A DNA stretch of 35,112 nucleotides, taken from IMG/VR virus record IMGVR_UViG_3300047403_000032, positions 1 to 35,112 of that record; one strand, written 5' to 3'. Under the pieces are notes generated by a model. That model was not told the origin of the DNA. It searched no databases and saw only the letters and a list, made by a program, of their open reading frames with translations. The translations under genes and the position numbers were made by a program. Shown here one piece after another: positions 34,336 to 35,112 of this stretch. The DNA is from a virus (Duplodnaviria; Caudoviricetes). The stretch's first letter is position 1; each line of letters begins with the position of its first letter.

Positions 34336-34632
34336 GCCCTCATTCCAAGACGCTGGTGATGATGCAGGAACACGGGGGCACAGTTCACCCATTGCTGGGT
34401 GAAGCTGCTTTCCAAACGCTGTCTGATGAGAGGCGAGGTAGCCGGTAAGCACTGCCGCCACGCTGGTAGGCCATTGCCCGTGGTTGTTCGGCATCGTTCA
34501 CTCCCGAAGGAGCGCACATTAAGGAAGGCTGGTGTTTGTCGTCAGGCCTTCCGCCAGAATGAGCAATCACCCCCTTGCACAGGTGGGTGCCGCTCTCCGT
34601 GCGCTATGTACCAGCCAAGCACGGCAATGGCC
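34336..34632 (-). ncRNA. candidate large structured non-coding RNA
   Basis: Long-range stem, 7-bp pseudoknot, and C(UUCG)G and GCAA tetraloop hairpins reading on the - strand; no convincing ORF. Confidence 0.55.
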
Positions 34633-34645
34633 TTTGCTTGCAATT

Positions 34646-34852
34646 CTACAGGGCCTTATGCCTTGGGAGCACCATCTTCACCACATCGTATGGGAACACC
34701 CTCAAATGGGCTGCAATGGCCTGTTCCGCTGTCCTTGCATTGGACCAATAGTAGCCCTCACAGGGCATGCGTGGTCCGTTCTTCTGCTTCCTGAAAATCC
34801 TGTTGCCGCTGATGAGGCGACCCATCCAATGCACTTGGAAGTTGTGGTTCAT
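34646..34852 (-). CDS. hypothetical basic protein
   Basis: 68 aa, ATG start. Confidence 0.5.
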   Translation of the reverse strand: MNHNFQVHWMGRLISGNRIFRKQKNGPRMPCEGYYWSNARTAEQAIAAHLRVFPYDVVKMVLPRHKAL

Positions 34853-34886
34853 GACCCCACCGAAGCCCCGTGCTGCCCCTTGTCAA

Positions 34887-34929
34887 GCAGAAAGCCCTCC
34901 CCCGAGAGTTCCCAGAGGAGGGCTTCTGC
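34887..34929 (-). terminator. strong hairpin / possible terminator or attenuator
   Basis: GCAGAAGCCCTCC...GGAGGGCTTTCTGC on the - strand; weak U tract. Confidence 0.5.
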
Positions 34930-34984
34930 GCCGAGGGGACACATCCTCGGACAGGTATGAACACGACAACAACAGACAGCGCGA

Positions 34985-35011
34985 ATGTTATCACGGCTTG
35001 GGGTTTGTCAA
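34985..35011 (-). promoter_or_regulatory. putative early promoter
   Basis: TTGACA-N15-TAACAT with a TG extension; the spacer is short. Confidence 0.4.
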
Positions 35012-35100
35012 GCGGGTGTTTGGAAAAAAATACCCGTGCCCTCGGCTGAGTGTGGGACGTTGCCTGTCTCGGCTTGGGGTGTGACGATGGCGGCTTGGGG
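34994..35100. repeat. CGGCTTGGGG decamer repeats
   Basis: Exact copies at 34994, 35070 and 35091; degenerate CGGCTGAGTG at 35043. Confidence 0.7.
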
Positions 35101-35112
35101 TGAGACGTTGGG

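Noticed and set aside
34423-34450. Hammerhead ribozyme core (CTGATGAG on +, CTGACGA on -)
   Set aside because: No GAAA follows a stem II, and stems I and III cannot be built.
34957-35049. 30-aa plus-strand ORF MNTTTTDSANV...
   Set aside because: Runs against the local gene direction over the promoter and repeat region; no support beyond an ATG.
34994-35112. CRISPR array
   Set aside because: Repeats are only 10 bp, irregularly spaced, and there are no cas genes.
1-35112. Stop-codon reassignment
   Set aside because: Genes are intact in the standard code, and TAA, TGA and TAG are all used as real stops.

Overview
A 35-kb piece of a tailed dsDNA phage genome with podovirus-like architecture, probably most of the genome. 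The + strand arm (about 200-26,940) carries small and large terminase, portal, scaffold, major capsid, decoration and adaptor genes, a tail fibre, a membrane/lysis and small-basic-protein cluster, the tail nozzle and three large internal-virion proteins. The convergent - strand arm (about 26,900-35,000) carries a metallophosphoesterase, an HNH nuclease, many small ORFs, a DnaB helicase, a PD-(D/E)XK nuclease and an SSB-like protein. I could not recognise an integrase, DNA polymerase, primase, endolysin, reverse transcriptase or CRISPR array. The most unusual features are non-coding. (1) A 140-nt tRNA-shaped RNA on the - strand (5973-5834) has an encoded CCA, a 10-bp acceptor stem, a swapped C19:G56 elbow pair and a 66-nt structured insert in place of the anticodon loop. 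It leads a small gene that is inverted between portal and scaffold. (2) An approximately 300-nt pseudoknotted, tetraloop-rich element lies at 34,336-34,632. Also notable are a Ser-His signal peptidase I homolog among the membrane genes, a tandem 36-aa paralog pair before the tail fibre, and a recurrent extended -10 promoter motif. All family assignments are by eye from motifs and gene order; no searches were run.
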